A stretch of 63,205 bases of DNA, counting the filler. It is 5 parts of 5 records of this genome, joined end to end, with 100 filler letters (N's around TTAATTAATTAA, not from the genome) between each part and the next. Parts side by side here need not be neighbours in the genome. Positions count along the whole stretch, not along the records: positions 15,382 to 36,430 come from SRR2962707_1784; 4 more parts are not named here. The stretch is one strand, 5' to 3'. The position numbers were made by a program, and so were the translations under genes. Shown here piece after piece: positions 22,493 through 31,977 of the stretch. Numbering within the stretch: position 1 is the stretch's first letter; every line of letters begins with the position of its first letter. The notes under the pieces were generated by a model. The model saw only the letters and a program-made list of their open reading frames with translations. It searched no databases and was not told the origin of the DNA.

Positions 22493-23138
22493 AACCAATT
22501 CCTCTTAAGGTACTGATCACAAGGTCGCCCTGAGACAGTTTTTTACGCAAGCGGCCCACATACAGTTCAATCGCATTGGCGCTGGGGGTTTCATCGAAAT
22601 TAAACAAATGGTCGGTAATTTCATCTTTACTCAGCACTCGCCCCAAATGCCCCAGAAAAATTTCTAAAAGGCGAAACTCTCGGTTCGTGACCGCCGTCAA
22701 TTCGCCGTTCACGAACACCTGTCGACTGTCGCGGTTAACCGTAATATTGCCATGTTCGCTGACGTTCGCCGCATAACCTTGTTTACGACGCAGTAAGGCT
22801 CGGCAGCGCGCTTCTAACTCACCAAAATCAAACGGCTTGGTCAAATAGTCATCGGCGCCTTCGTCTAACAAACGTATCCGATCGTCGATTTGATCACGAG
22901 CCGTTAAAATCAACACTGGCGTTGCGTCGTCTCTCTGGCGAAGCTTTTGCAACAACTGCAAGCCCGATAGGCCTGGTAAGTTTAAATCCAACAAAATCAG
23001 ATCAAATGTTTGATACTTGAGCAAGTCATCGGCGCGTTTACCATCGCCAATCAAGTCAACACCATGCCCTAAGCTGGCTAATCGTTCACAAATGGCCTGC
23101 CCTAACACTTGAGTATCTTCCACCACCAAAATTCGCAT
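22455..23138 (-). CDS. tctD: OmpR-family response regulator, TctD-like
   Basis: MRILVVED, LLDLNLP, GADDYLTKPF, NAIELYVGRLRKKL. Confidence 0.88.
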   Translation of the reverse strand: MRILVVEDTQVLGQAICERLASLGHGVDLIGDGKRADDLLKYQTFDLILLDLNLPGLSGLQLLQKLRQRDDATPVLILTARDQIDDRIRLLDEGADDYLTKPFDFGELEARCRALLRRKQGYAANVSEHGNITVNRDSRQVFVNGELTAVTNREFRLLEIFLGHLGRVLSKDEITDHLFNFDETPSANAIELYVGRLRKKLSQGDLVISTLRGIGYVAEIATAPKSH

Positions 23139-23195
23139 ATACATGATTACCAAGGCTAATGAGTCGGTCTCAAATTAATAAATGCACAATAAACA

Positions 23196-23230
23196 AAAAG
23201 TCCGAGCTGTAAATACAACCCGAACTTTTT
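23196..23230 (-). terminator. Probable terminator/attenuator hairpin between tctA and tctD
   Basis: AAAAAGTCCGAG...CCCGAACTTTTT imperfect inverted repeat. Confidence 0.5.
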
Positions 23231-23259
23231 AAAACACATTTTACCTAGTATTGCAGGTG

Positions 23260-24780
23260 TTAAACGTCTTTAACAGAGTCTTTTGATCTGCGCATTTTGG
23301 CGCGAATAATCGGCCCCACAATCAGCGGGAGAACCAAACCAAGAACCGCTACCGTCCATAGACCGATACTTAACCCACTATTAAACAGTGCGCTCCAATC
23401 ACCATCTGAAAGCACCAAAGCATGACGTAAGCTTTTCTCCATTTCAGGCCCAAGCAATAAACCTAAAATCACTGGCACTAATGGAATATCCACCTTACGT
23501 AAGATATAACCCATCACACCAAACGCCACCATAAAGTACAAATCGGTTGGGCTATGGCTAACAGAATAAATACCCACAGAAGCGATCAAGGTCACTACAG
23601 GCATCAAGTATTTAGGCGGTATGCTCAACAGTTTAACAAAAATACCAACCATAGGAATGTTTAAAAGTAACAAGACAAGGTTACCTACAAACATGGCCGC
23701 GATCACACCCCAAACAAGATCAGGGTTATGAGTGAACAACATAGGACCTGGGGAAATGTTCAACGATATCAACATAGCCAAAAGCACTGCTGTGGTACCA
23801 CTGCCTGGAACACCCAGAGTCAACATAGGTACCAAGGCACCTGATGCAGCACCGTTGTTACCCGATTCTGGCGCCGCCACACCACGTGGATCTCCTTTAC
23901 CAAACTCCCCTTTATCAGAGATTTTCTTCTCTAATGAGTAGCTGATAAACGAACCCAATGACGCTCCGGCTCCTGGTAGAACACCAGCAATAAAACCTAA
24001 AAGACCACCACGAATTGAGGTTGGTAACACATTGATAATGTCTCTTGCGGTTAATTTAAGCTTATTAATAGCAACCTGTTTTAACCCATCTCCCGCATGG
24101 CGTTCAAGGAAGAAGAACAGCTCACTAATGGCAAATAAACCTACGATCGCGATAATGAAATCCACGCCTTCAAACAACTCAAGCGTGTTGAAGGTATAAC
24201 GTTGCACACCGGTAGAAAGGTCAATACCAACAGTCGAAATCATTAACCCAATAGAAGCCGCCATCACTGTTTTAAATTGGTTTTTACCTGTCACGCCACC
24301 CAGTGTGGCAAACGCCAAGACAAACAGAGCAAAGTATTCCGCGGGACCAAATTTCAATGCGAATTTAGATAAAATAGGCGCTAAGATCACCAAACCGATC
24401 GTAGCAATAAAGCTACCAATAAAAGACGCTATAGCAGAAATCGCAAGCGCTTCGGCGGCCTTGCCTTTTAACGCCATCGGATAACCATCCAGACAGGTCA
24501 TCATCGCTGGCTCATCACCAGGAATATTCAGCAGGATAGAAGAAATACGACCGCCATACATGGCACCGGCATAAACAGAGGTCAGCAAAATCAAAGAAGA
24601 AGTAGGAGATAACCCTAAACTAAAGGCCAACGGTATTAAAATCGCCACCCCATTAGCAGGACCAAGACCTGGTAGCGCACCAATTAATGTACCTAAGATG
24701 GCACCAATAATCGCAAACATGATACTTTCAGGGGTCAATGCCACCGCAAAGCCATGCATCAATAAACTCATTGTTTCCAT
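23260..24780 (-). CDS. tctA: Tripartite tricarboxylate transporter large permease TctA
   Basis: GALPGLGPANG, YGGRISSILLNIPG, APESGNN, LTLGVPGS motifs. Confidence 0.95.
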   Translation of the reverse strand: METMSLLMHGFAVALTPESIMFAIIGAILGTLIGALPGLGPANGVAILIPLAFSLGLSPTSSLILLTSVYAGAMYGGRISSILLNIPGDEPAMMTCLDGYPMALKGKAAEALAISAIASFIGSFIATIGLVILAPILSKFALKFGPAEYFALFVLAFATLGGVTGKNQFKTVMAASIGLMISTVGIDLSTGVQRYTFNTLELFEGVDFIIAIVGLFAISELFFFLERHAGDGLKQVAINKLKLTARDIINVLPTSIRGGLLGFIAGVLPGAGASLGSFISYSLEKKISDKGEFGKGDPRGVAAPESGNNGAASGALVPMLTLGVPGSGTTAVLLAMLISLNISPGPMLFTHNPDLVWGVIAAMFVGNLVLLLLNIPMVGIFVKLLSIPPKYLMPVVTLIASVGIYSVSHSPTDLYFMVAFGVMGYILRKVDIPLVPVILGLLLGPEMEKSLRHALVLSDGDWSALFNSGLSIGLWTVAVLGLVLPLIVGPIIRAKMRRSKDSVKDV

Positions 24781-24782
24781 GA

Positions 24783-25223
24783 CTACAGCTCCAACAGACC
24801 AAGAGGCAGTGCAAGTTCTAGCACATTGTTAAACAAAAAGAAGATAACCAAAGACGCAATCACGCCTGTTGTTAAACTTCGGGTCAAACTTGCTCCCATA
24901 CGCCAGCTTAAGAAGCAAACAATAAAAGTAGAAGCTGGAATAAAACCGATCGGCTCAATCGCCCATGCAAAAAGCACAATAGACAAAGCAACAACGGCTA
25001 ACTCAATTAACATAGGTAACGGTGACCACTTTTCATCTGGGTCAGGTTTTATCATCATGTAAACTGAGCTAATCGCCAAAATCACTGACAATAAAATAGG
25101 AAAAGTTTCTGGGCCGACACTTTCTTGGCCACCAAATGGAATTGGAAATTGTGTTGCTTCCCAACCGTAAGCTACGGCGAGAACCAGCATTAGCATGCCA
25201 AACACACGGTCATTAATGCGCAT
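24783..25223 (-). CDS. tctB: Tripartite tricarboxylate transporter small permease TctB
   Basis: Four TM segments, VGPETFP, LELALPLG; lies between tctC and tctA. Confidence 0.9.
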   Translation of the reverse strand: MRINDRVFGMLMLVLAVAYGWEATQFPIPFGGQESVGPETFPILLSVILAISSVYMMIKPDPDEKWSPLPMLIELAVVALSIVLFAWAIEPIGFIPASTFIVCFLSWRMGASLTRSLTTGVIASLVIFFLFNNVLELALPLGLLEL

Positions 25224-25308
25224 GTCTCTGCTCCGAATCAGTTAAAACGTATAGAGGAAAAATCGTAAGATATTACAGGGGGAGAAAACTCCCCCTATCG
25301 ATCGAGGC

Positions 25309-26301
25309 TTACTTAATAAGGCCGATATCTTTAGAAAGTACTTTGATGTTTAGAGTTTGCTCATTGACGAATTTAGTCAGATCTTCACCAGATTTATGGA
25401 ATGGCATTAGGCCGTTTTTCGCCATAACTTCTTTCCATTCAGGTGTTTTGTACAATTCGTCTAGTGTGTTTACCCACCAATCGTAAGACGCTTTGCTTGC
25501 CTTACCTGGTACGTAAAAACCACGCCAGTTTGGCGCAACAGAACTAATGCCTTGTTCCACTGCCGTTGGGATGGCATCAAATGGTGCTGGTAGACGTTTC
25601 TCAGAAAGAACCGCTAACACACGTAGATCACCGGATTGCATAAAACCTTTGATTTCAGAAATATCACCAGTAAAAGCGTCAATGTGACCACCAACAACTT
25701 GAACTAAAGCTTCTGAACCACCACTAAACGCTAGGTAGCGAATTTTAGGAAGGTTACCAACGTGCGCTTCTTTTGCTGTCATCAGTACTTTTAAATGATC
25801 CCAGCCACCAGACGCACTACCACCGGCGAATTTCACCGCAGAAGGGTCTTTTTTAAGAGCATTCATCATTTGAGTTAATGTGGTGTATTTGGAGTTTTTA
25901 CCCACGGCGATCACACCGTAATCCGCACCTAAAGTACCAACCCAGCGAACTTGATCTGTGTGCATTCCTGGATATTGGCCTTGCGCAAGGCGAGTTGTTG
26001 TTGCTGTACTTGCCGCAACGATGAGACTGTCATCAGAGTCACGTTTACTCACGGTATGAGCAAAAGCCACACCACCACCAGCACCGCCCATGTTGATGGT
26101 TTGCACGTTGCCTTTAATATAACCTTGGTCAACCAATACTTTACCGACACTACGACAGGTAAAATCCCAGCCTCCACCAGGCGCTGCAGGTGCAATACAA
26201 TCCGCACTACGTGCAGGCTCAAAAGCATGAACTTGACTGGTTGCCGTTAATGCAACAACACTTGAAAAAAGAATGGTCTTTAAAGACATTTTCGTTAGCA
26301 T
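25309..26301 (-). CDS. tctC: Tripartite tricarboxylate transporter substrate-binding protein TctC
   Basis: CIAPAAPGGGWDFTCR, NMGGAGGGVA, NWRGFY; signal peptide. Confidence 0.93.
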   Translation of the reverse strand: MLTKMSLKTILFSSVVALTATSQVHAFEPARSADCIAPAAPGGGWDFTCRSVGKVLVDQGYIKGNVQTINMGGAGGGVAFAHTVSKRDSDDSLIVAASTATTTRLAQGQYPGMHTDQVRWVGTLGADYGVIAVGKNSKYTTLTQMMNALKKDPSAVKFAGGSASGGWDHLKVLMTAKEAHVGNLPKIRYLAFSGGSEALVQVVGGHIDAFTGDISEIKGFMQSGDLRVLAVLSEKRLPAPFDAIPTAVEQGISSVAPNWRGFYVPGKASKASYDWWVNTLDELYKTPEWKEVMAKNGLMPFHKSGEDLTKFVNEQTLNIKVLSKDIGLIK

Positions 26302-26376
26302 GATTCTCTCCTGCTTATTATTTTTTTATTTAGCGAGCTTTAGTGTGAGTCACAAATTTCGAGACTTGCGTACTTC

Positions 26377-26424
26377 ATACTAGACGCGAAACACTACCTG
26401 TCAAAACTGTCACCATCCTGTCAT
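26377..26424 (-). promoter_or_regulatory. Sigma70-like tctC promoter overlapped by three CTGTCA direct repeats (candidate TctD site)
   Basis: Minus strand TTGACA-16nt-TAGTAT. Plus-strand CTGTCA at 26398, 26407 and 26418. Confidence 0.5.
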
Positions 26425-26579
26425 CTGTGAATTTTCTATCTAAATTGTGTAAATATTAATAACAAGGCTTATTAATTAACGACTTCAACCATTAAAAAAA
26501 GCAAGAGCAAGCATAATGCTTTAAAAACAGCGCGCTTGAATTGGCTCACACCGTCCGCTCCATTCAAAGCGAAACACAA

Positions 26580-26622
26580 CCTTCACAGATTTATGACAAG
26601 CGCCTTCACGGATTTATGACAA
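26580..26622 (+). promoter_or_regulatory. Tandem 20-bp direct repeat upstream of the EamA exporter
   Basis: CCTTCACAGATTTATGACAA (26580) and CCTTCACGGATTTATGACAA (26603): one mismatch, 23-bp period. Confidence 0.6.
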
Positions 26623-26690
26623 TGCCAGAAAACACAATAACCGGTAGGCTAATACACTCAATTAACCGCGATTCGTAAAGGAAAACAGTC

Positions 26691-27620
26691 ATGTCGTCTG
26701 CAACCCCACGCGCCACTCTCGTTGGCTCCATCGCCATTCTTCTGTGGAGTACGCTGGCATTATTCACTACCCAAGCCAATGCGGTGCCACCGCTATTGTT
26801 ACTGACTCTTACTTTTGGTGTGGCCAGTTTATTGTTTTTTATCGTCTACCTCGTTAAAGGCGAGTTGCGTCGATCTTGGCAAAAAACACCCACCAGTGCC
26901 ATGGCGATGGGTGGGTTAGGATTCTTCTTTTATCATTTCTGTTACTTCTATGCGTTTCAACACGCGCCACCGGTCGAAGCGGGGTTAATCGCGTATTTAT
27001 GGCCACTGCTGATCGTACTATTAGCAGGCACAACCAGCGGCAACAAGCTATTATGGACCCACTTGGTTGGTGCCATTATTGCGTTTATTGGTACTGGCAT
27101 TATGCTGCAATCTCGTGCTCAAGATTCTCAAATAACAGGCAGCGTTCTGGGCTATGGGGCGGCCTTTGCGTGCGCCATTATTTGGTCTGGTTATTCGGTC
27201 AGCAATCGCCGTTTTGCGCACGTGCCATCAAGCTCAGTGCTTTGGTATTGCCTGATTACAACGTTATTAGCTGGGCTTTCCCATCTCACATTGGAGCCCA
27301 CTCAATGGTCTTTTTCTGCCAGCACTTGGGTCGCGATCATCGGCCTTGGTTTTGGCCCTGTGGGCATCGCTTTCTTCTGTTGGGACATGGGCGTAAAACG
27401 CGGCAACCTTTCTCTTTTAGGGGTTTTATCTTACACCGCACCGGCCCTGTCTACCGCTTGGCTTGGCCTCTTTACCGAGGAAGTATTGTCCCAAGGGCAA
27501 ATCATCGCTTGCTTAATGATTACCGCTGGCGCCTTGTTTGCCAGCCTAATGCCAACGAAAAAACGACACCGTCTAACAAGCGCCACTCCAGCACAGAGAA
27601 GCAACATCAATAACCCATAA
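26691..27620 (+). CDS. EamA/DMT transporter (YddG-like)
   Basis: ATLVG..AILLWSTLA, IAYLWPLLIV, AFFCWDMGVKRG. Confidence 0.88.
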   Translation: MSSATPRATLVGSIAILLWSTLALFTTQANAVPPLLLLTLTFGVASLLFFIVYLVKGELRRSWQKTPTSAMAMGGLGFFFYHFCYFYAFQHAPPVEAGLIAYLWPLLIVLLAGTTSGNKLLWTHLVGAIIAFIGTGIMLQSRAQDSQITGSVLGYGAAFACAIIWSGYSVSNRRFAHVPSSSVLWYCLITTLLAGLSHLTLEPTQWSFSASTWVAIIGLGFGPVGIAFFCWDMGVKRGNLSLLGVLSYTAPALSTAWLGLFTEEVLSQGQIIACLMITAGALFASLMPTKKRHRLTSATPAQRSNINNP

Positions 27621-27627
27621 TCTGGGC

Positions 27628-27658
27628 AAAAAAAAGGCGCTTCATCGAAGCGCCTTTC
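27628..27658. terminator. Intrinsic terminator
   Basis: AAAAAAAAGGCGCTTC-atc-GAAGCGCCTTT. Confidence 0.75.
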
Positions 27659-27707
27659 ATTAAATAACCAGTGTTTTATGCAACCTGCTCTTTACGCTAC
27701 GTGCTCT

Positions 27708-28940
27708 TTATGCAACGTGGTATAACGTCCGTGGCACACTCTGCAAGTAAGATTCCATTTCCGCCATACCGTTAGGCTGGTCAACTTTCACGCCTAAATC
27801 TCGCATGGTGCTGCCAAAGGCATGTAAAGTACGGAACAAGTTATGCTCGCGACACTGTTCGCCCATTTGACCAATACGCACAATCGGCTGACCAAATGAA
27901 CCGGCGATTTCCACTCGGTACACATCGGAAATATGGCGACAAATATCACCCGCGGTTAAGCCTTCAGGAATTTTAATCCCAACCACAGAGTTCAAACGCG
28001 ATTCAGACGGAATAAACAGCTCCAGACCCATTGCCTCGACCCCAGACTGAAGCGCCTTAGAGCAACGCAAATGGCGAGCAAAACGTTGCTCTAATGTTTC
28101 ATCACACACCAATTTCAGCGCTTCATGCAAGGCCATAATGCCAGACACAGGCGCGGTGTAATGGTAACCATCTTTATGCCAAAAATTTTCCGCCAGTTGA
28201 GCATCGAAACACCACTGAGCCACAGGCTGAGTCCGGCTTTTTACGCTGGCCCATGCTTCATCAGAAAACACCAATAAAGACACACCAGGAATAGAAGACA
28301 AGCCTTTTTGACCACCGGTGATCACCACATCGATCTGCCATTCATCCATTTTGAGTGGCATGGTGCTCAAGGTACAAACCGCGTCCACCACCACAAGGCA
28401 ACCATAGGATTTGGCGATTTTAGCGATTTCTTCCAGTGAATGGTTAAACACCGTATTGGAGGTTTCACCTTGCACCAAGGTAACCACTTTAGGGCGTACT
28501 TTTTCAATCGCTTTTCGCACCAACTCTGGATCAGCGGCTTCGAGTACAGGCACATGCAATTCATGAACATCTGCCCCTATGCGTGTTGCCATTTCTGCCA
28601 TGCGATGACTGAAGAAACCATTGTTGATACACAAAATGGTCTCGCCTTGCTGCATCAAGTTAGATACGGCCATCTCCATCGCAGCCGATGCCGGTCCCGC
28701 TACGCCCAACACCCACTTTGATTGGGTTTGGAATACGTACCTGGCCATTGCCTTTACCTGGTGGATCACTTGCGCCATGACCCCTCCCAAATGGTTAATG
28801 ACAACAGAGTTGGCCTTAGCCACACACTCAGGAATCGGAACAGGCCCCGCGCCCATCATTAATAATGGTTCACGAGGAAGAATTTCATCTAACGATTTCA
28901 CCTGGGGACGAGAAATACCCATTGGCGATGGAGCAGTCAT
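27708..28940 (-). CDS. Class V PLP aminotransferase (alanine-glyoxylate/PucG-like)
   Basis: LMMGAGP, VQGETS, VVDAV, TGGQKGLS (PLP lysine), YHYTAP, RIGQMG. Confidence 0.88.
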   Translation of the reverse strand: MTAPSPMGISRPQVKSLDEILPREPLLMMGAGPVPIPECVAKANSVVINHLGGVMAQVIHQVKAMARYVFQTQSKWVLGVAGPASAAMEMAVSNLMQQGETILCINNGFFSHRMAEMATRIGADVHELHVPVLEAADPELVRKAIEKVRPKVVTLVQGETSNTVFNHSLEEIAKIAKSYGCLVVVDAVCTLSTMPLKMDEWQIDVVITGGQKGLSSIPGVSLLVFSDEAWASVKSRTQPVAQWCFDAQLAENFWHKDGYHYTAPVSGIMALHEALKLVCDETLEQRFARHLRCSKALQSGVEAMGLELFIPSESRLNSVVGIKIPEGLTAGDICRHISDVYRVEIAGSFGQPIVRIGQMGEQCREHNLFRTLHAFGSTMRDLGVKVDQPNGMAEMESYLQSVPRTLYHVA

Positions 28941-29266
28941 GATGTACAGCCTATGTTAAAAAATTACAGTGGGTGAGCTATTTTGGAAAAACTAAAAGCA
29001 CATTTTTTACACTTTCCCAGCATAAAATATCGTGATTTTAGTTTTTTCGAAATAATATATTGAAATAGTACAATATTCTTATATAAAAAAAGAGACAGGC
29101 AAACGAAAACAGTGCGATATTCCAGTTAGTCTACATTTTCCCCTAGATCTGACGTGTAGCACCTTGAGCAAGCAGTGTTTTTTACTCTGACCCTCGCGTT
29201 TTTTACTCCACGTATTTCATCAATCTATGCGATAATTCAACAAATTCCCTATGACAGGAACAAGTT

Positions 29267-29695
29267 ATGAATACTTGTGGTATCGAAATCAAAGGCAGCG
29301 AAGTCATTCTTTGTCTGCTATCTAAACAAGACGGCCTTTTTCAAATTGCCGATTGCCGCCAAGTGCGTCACACCTTGAGCAACTCAAACGACAGTGAAAG
29401 CGTGCGTAAATTTCAATTTATGCTTAAGAAACTGTTTGAGGATTACAAAGTCTCTCGCGTGATCATTCGCGAACGTCCTACCAAGGGTAAATTTGCTGGC
29501 GGTGCGGTCGGATTCAAAATCGAAGCCTGCATTCAGCTGATCGACACCGTCGATGTTGAGCTATTCACTGGCGTCAAAATAAAAGAAGTGGTGAAAGACA
29601 ATCCTTTCCCAGTGCCTTTTAAATCAACGGGCCTTAAAGCGTTCCAAGAAGGCGCTTTTACCGTTGCTTACGCCGCGCTTTGCGAAGATCAGTAA
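29267..29695 (+). CDS. DUF3010 family protein
   Basis: CGIEIKGSE, IRERPTKGKFAGGAVGFKIEA, FQEGAF. Confidence 0.8.
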   Translation: MNTCGIEIKGSEVILCLLSKQDGLFQIADCRQVRHTLSNSNDSESVRKFQFMLKKLFEDYKVSRVIIRERPTKGKFAGGAVGFKIEACIQLIDTVDVELFTGVKIKEVVKDNPFPVPFKSTGLKAFQEGAFTVAYAALCEDQ

Positions 29696-29732
29696 CCAGA
29701 ACCCGATACAGAAAACCAAAAACAGAAAAAAC

Positions 29733-29766
29733 AAAAAAGAGAAGCCTCCATCGCTTCTCTTTTTTT
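29733..29766. terminator. Bidirectional intrinsic terminator
   Basis: AAAAAAGAGAAGC-ctccatc-GCTTCTCTTTTTTT. Confidence 0.75.
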
Positions 29767-29899
29767 AGATCAACAAACGCGGTCACCCCGCGTTCAAAAA
29801 CACCTTCAAGCAACGCCCGTTAAAAGACAATTCTGATGCAGAATAGACGTCTAAATTGGCGCAAAAATAAAATTACGCACAACAAAGGTGCGTTTAATT

Positions 29900-30790
29900 C
29901 TATTTTCTCTTACCAATCAAGACGATCAACACACCGCCCAATACCGCTGCCGACGCTAGAATCAAGTGCAAGGTAACGGCCTCATTCGCAAATATTACGC
30001 CCCCCAAGGTCGCCAGTATTGGCACCAAGAGTTGTAAAACGGCCGCGACAGACGCACTCATGTGCGCCAACACCGCATACCAGATGGCGTAACCCATGCC
30101 AGACATAAGCGCACCAGAAGCGACGGCTAACCAAAACCCTTGTAACGTGATGTCCAACTGAAAGCCAACAAAAACCAGCGCTATTAATAACAGTGGCAAG
30201 GTTCGAATAAAATTAGAAGTGGTTGCAAACAACGCCTTGCTGACTTTTTTGCCATGCCAGGTATAAATCCCCCAAGCCACACCGGCCAATGCCATTAACA
30301 CAAAGCCAACAGCAGACGGTGTAGAGAGCGTCGGTAACACCAAATAAACAAAGCCAGAAAAGGCCACCGCGAGCCCCAGCCATTCTAGCCATTTCATGCG
30401 ATGTCCGTTTATAAAAGACAATAAAATCAAGGTGATCTGCACAGCCCCAAACAAAATGAGCGCACCTACGCCGGTGGCCAATGACACATAGGCGTAGGAA
30501 AAGCCCAACGCGTAAATAAACAACGCCGTTGCCGATGACCAGTTACCAGATTGCCACACTTGTTTGAGTCGCGATGGGACCTCTGCCGTGTCACGACTGT
30601 CCCGATAAAGCAGGCATAAAATCAGCAGCATTAAGGCACCGCTTATCAGTCTAACCAGGGTAAAAGAGGTTGGATCAATCAATGCTCCCGCGTCATTTTG
30701 CACCAATGCCAAGCGGCATAGAATAGAGTTTGCCGCGAAAGCGACTAACGCCAAAAAAGTAGAAAAAGTCAGTTTTAAATTCATTGTCAT
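29900..30790 (-). CDS. DMT family transporter
   Basis: AFAANSILCRLAL, FSYAY..L..GVGALILFGAVQ, SGMGYAIWY. Confidence 0.88.
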   Translation of the reverse strand: MTMNLKLTFSTFLALVAFAANSILCRLALVQNDAGALIDPTSFTLVRLISGALMLLILCLLYRDSRDTAEVPSRLKQVWQSGNWSSATALFIYALGFSYAYVSLATGVGALILFGAVQITLILLSFINGHRMKWLEWLGLAVAFSGFVYLVLPTLSTPSAVGFVLMALAGVAWGIYTWHGKKVSKALFATTSNFIRTLPLLLIALVFVGFQLDITLQGFWLAVASGALMSGMGYAIWYAVLAHMSASVAAVLQLLVPILATLGGVIFANEAVTLHLILASAAVLGGVLIVLIGKRK

Positions 30791-31036
30791 ACGTTTGTTC
30801 AATTAAAGCGTTAGTGTAAAAGCAGGAGCTCAAGAAGGAACTCTGATGAAAGCGTACTTTCACTGACTGGCACCAGTTTTGCAAGATCAATGAATAATCT
30901 TTCACCGAATAGTTTGAGTGAAACAGCAACGAACAATAGACCCTGTAAGTTGCACAGCTAATTAGGAGGTACAAGATCATTTAATCGTCGCGAAGCATAT
31001 CATCGCCTTTTGCGCCTTTGAATAGATCCCACACTG

Positions 31037-31858
31037 ATGACTCGTCTTTTAGTATTTTCAGATCTTGATGGCACCTTACTTGACCATCACACTTACAGTT
31101 TTCAGCCGGCGTTACAGGCTTTTCAAGCGCTCAAGACCTTTACTATCCCTTGTATTTTAAACACCAGTAAAACCTACGCTGAACTCACCCAATTACGAAA
31201 CGAACTTAATCATCAAGACCCATTTATCGTCGAAAACGGGGCCGCCGTTTATATTCCCAAACACCTTGGATTGCCTGTCGATGCGTCAATGGAAGATCAT
31301 GGAGACTATTGGCTTAAATCCTTCGGTCCAAAGCGCCAAACCCTGATCGATTTGATCAGCGAATACAAAACACACTACCGTTTTCAAAGTTTCTGCGACA
31401 TGCAGGCGCAAAACATCGTCGATTTAACCGGGCTCTCCGAAGCCAATGCGCAACTCGCCATGCAGCGGGAATTCACCGAGCCCATGGTCTGGCAAGATTC
31501 GAACATTGCTCTCAACACTCTCAAACAAGCCCTTGAGCCACAAGGTGTTCAACTTCAAAAAGGCGGACGCTTTATTCATTTAATGGGCAGCGACTGCGAC
31601 AAAGCCCGCGCCATGCTGTGGCTAAGTGCCCGTTACGAGACCCATTTCCAAGAAGCGGTTACCACCATGGCTTTAGGGGACGGTGACAATGACGTTGGCA
31701 TGCTCAGTAAAGCAGATATTCCAGTGGTAATTCGCTCCCCTGTCCACGCGCCACCGGAAGTACCCTATCGCCATGACGCTTGGTTAACCGATGGCTATGG
31801 CCCCGAAGGCTGGGCTCAAGCCATTGATAAAGCACTAATAAAACAAGGCATTTTGTAG
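31037..31858 (+). CDS. HAD-IIB mannosyl/glucosyl-3-phosphoglycerate phosphatase
   Basis: FSDLDGTLLD, NTSKT, FIVENG, GGRFIHL, ALGDGDND. Confidence 0.9.
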   Translation: MTRLLVFSDLDGTLLDHHTYSFQPALQAFQALKTFTIPCILNTSKTYAELTQLRNELNHQDPFIVENGAAVYIPKHLGLPVDASMEDHGDYWLKSFGPKRQTLIDLISEYKTHYRFQSFCDMQAQNIVDLTGLSEANAQLAMQREFTEPMVWQDSNIALNTLKQALEPQGVQLQKGGRFIHLMGSDCDKARAMLWLSARYETHFQEAVTTMALGDGDNDVGMLSKADIPVVIRSPVHAPPEVPYRHDAWLTDGYGPEGWAQAIDKALIKQGIL

Positions 31859-31977
31859 GCAGCTGGCGTACTCCAGCGAAAAAAACAGGACAGTGACAAT
31901 TTTAGAAATAACCGACTTAAGACAACAATAACGACGTCTGTGTCCCACAGTGGCGCAACGACATTAGGAGAAATATT

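Noticed and set aside
26580-26622. Mini CRISPR array
   Set aside because: Only two 20-bp copies separated by 3 bp, with no spacers and no cas genes.
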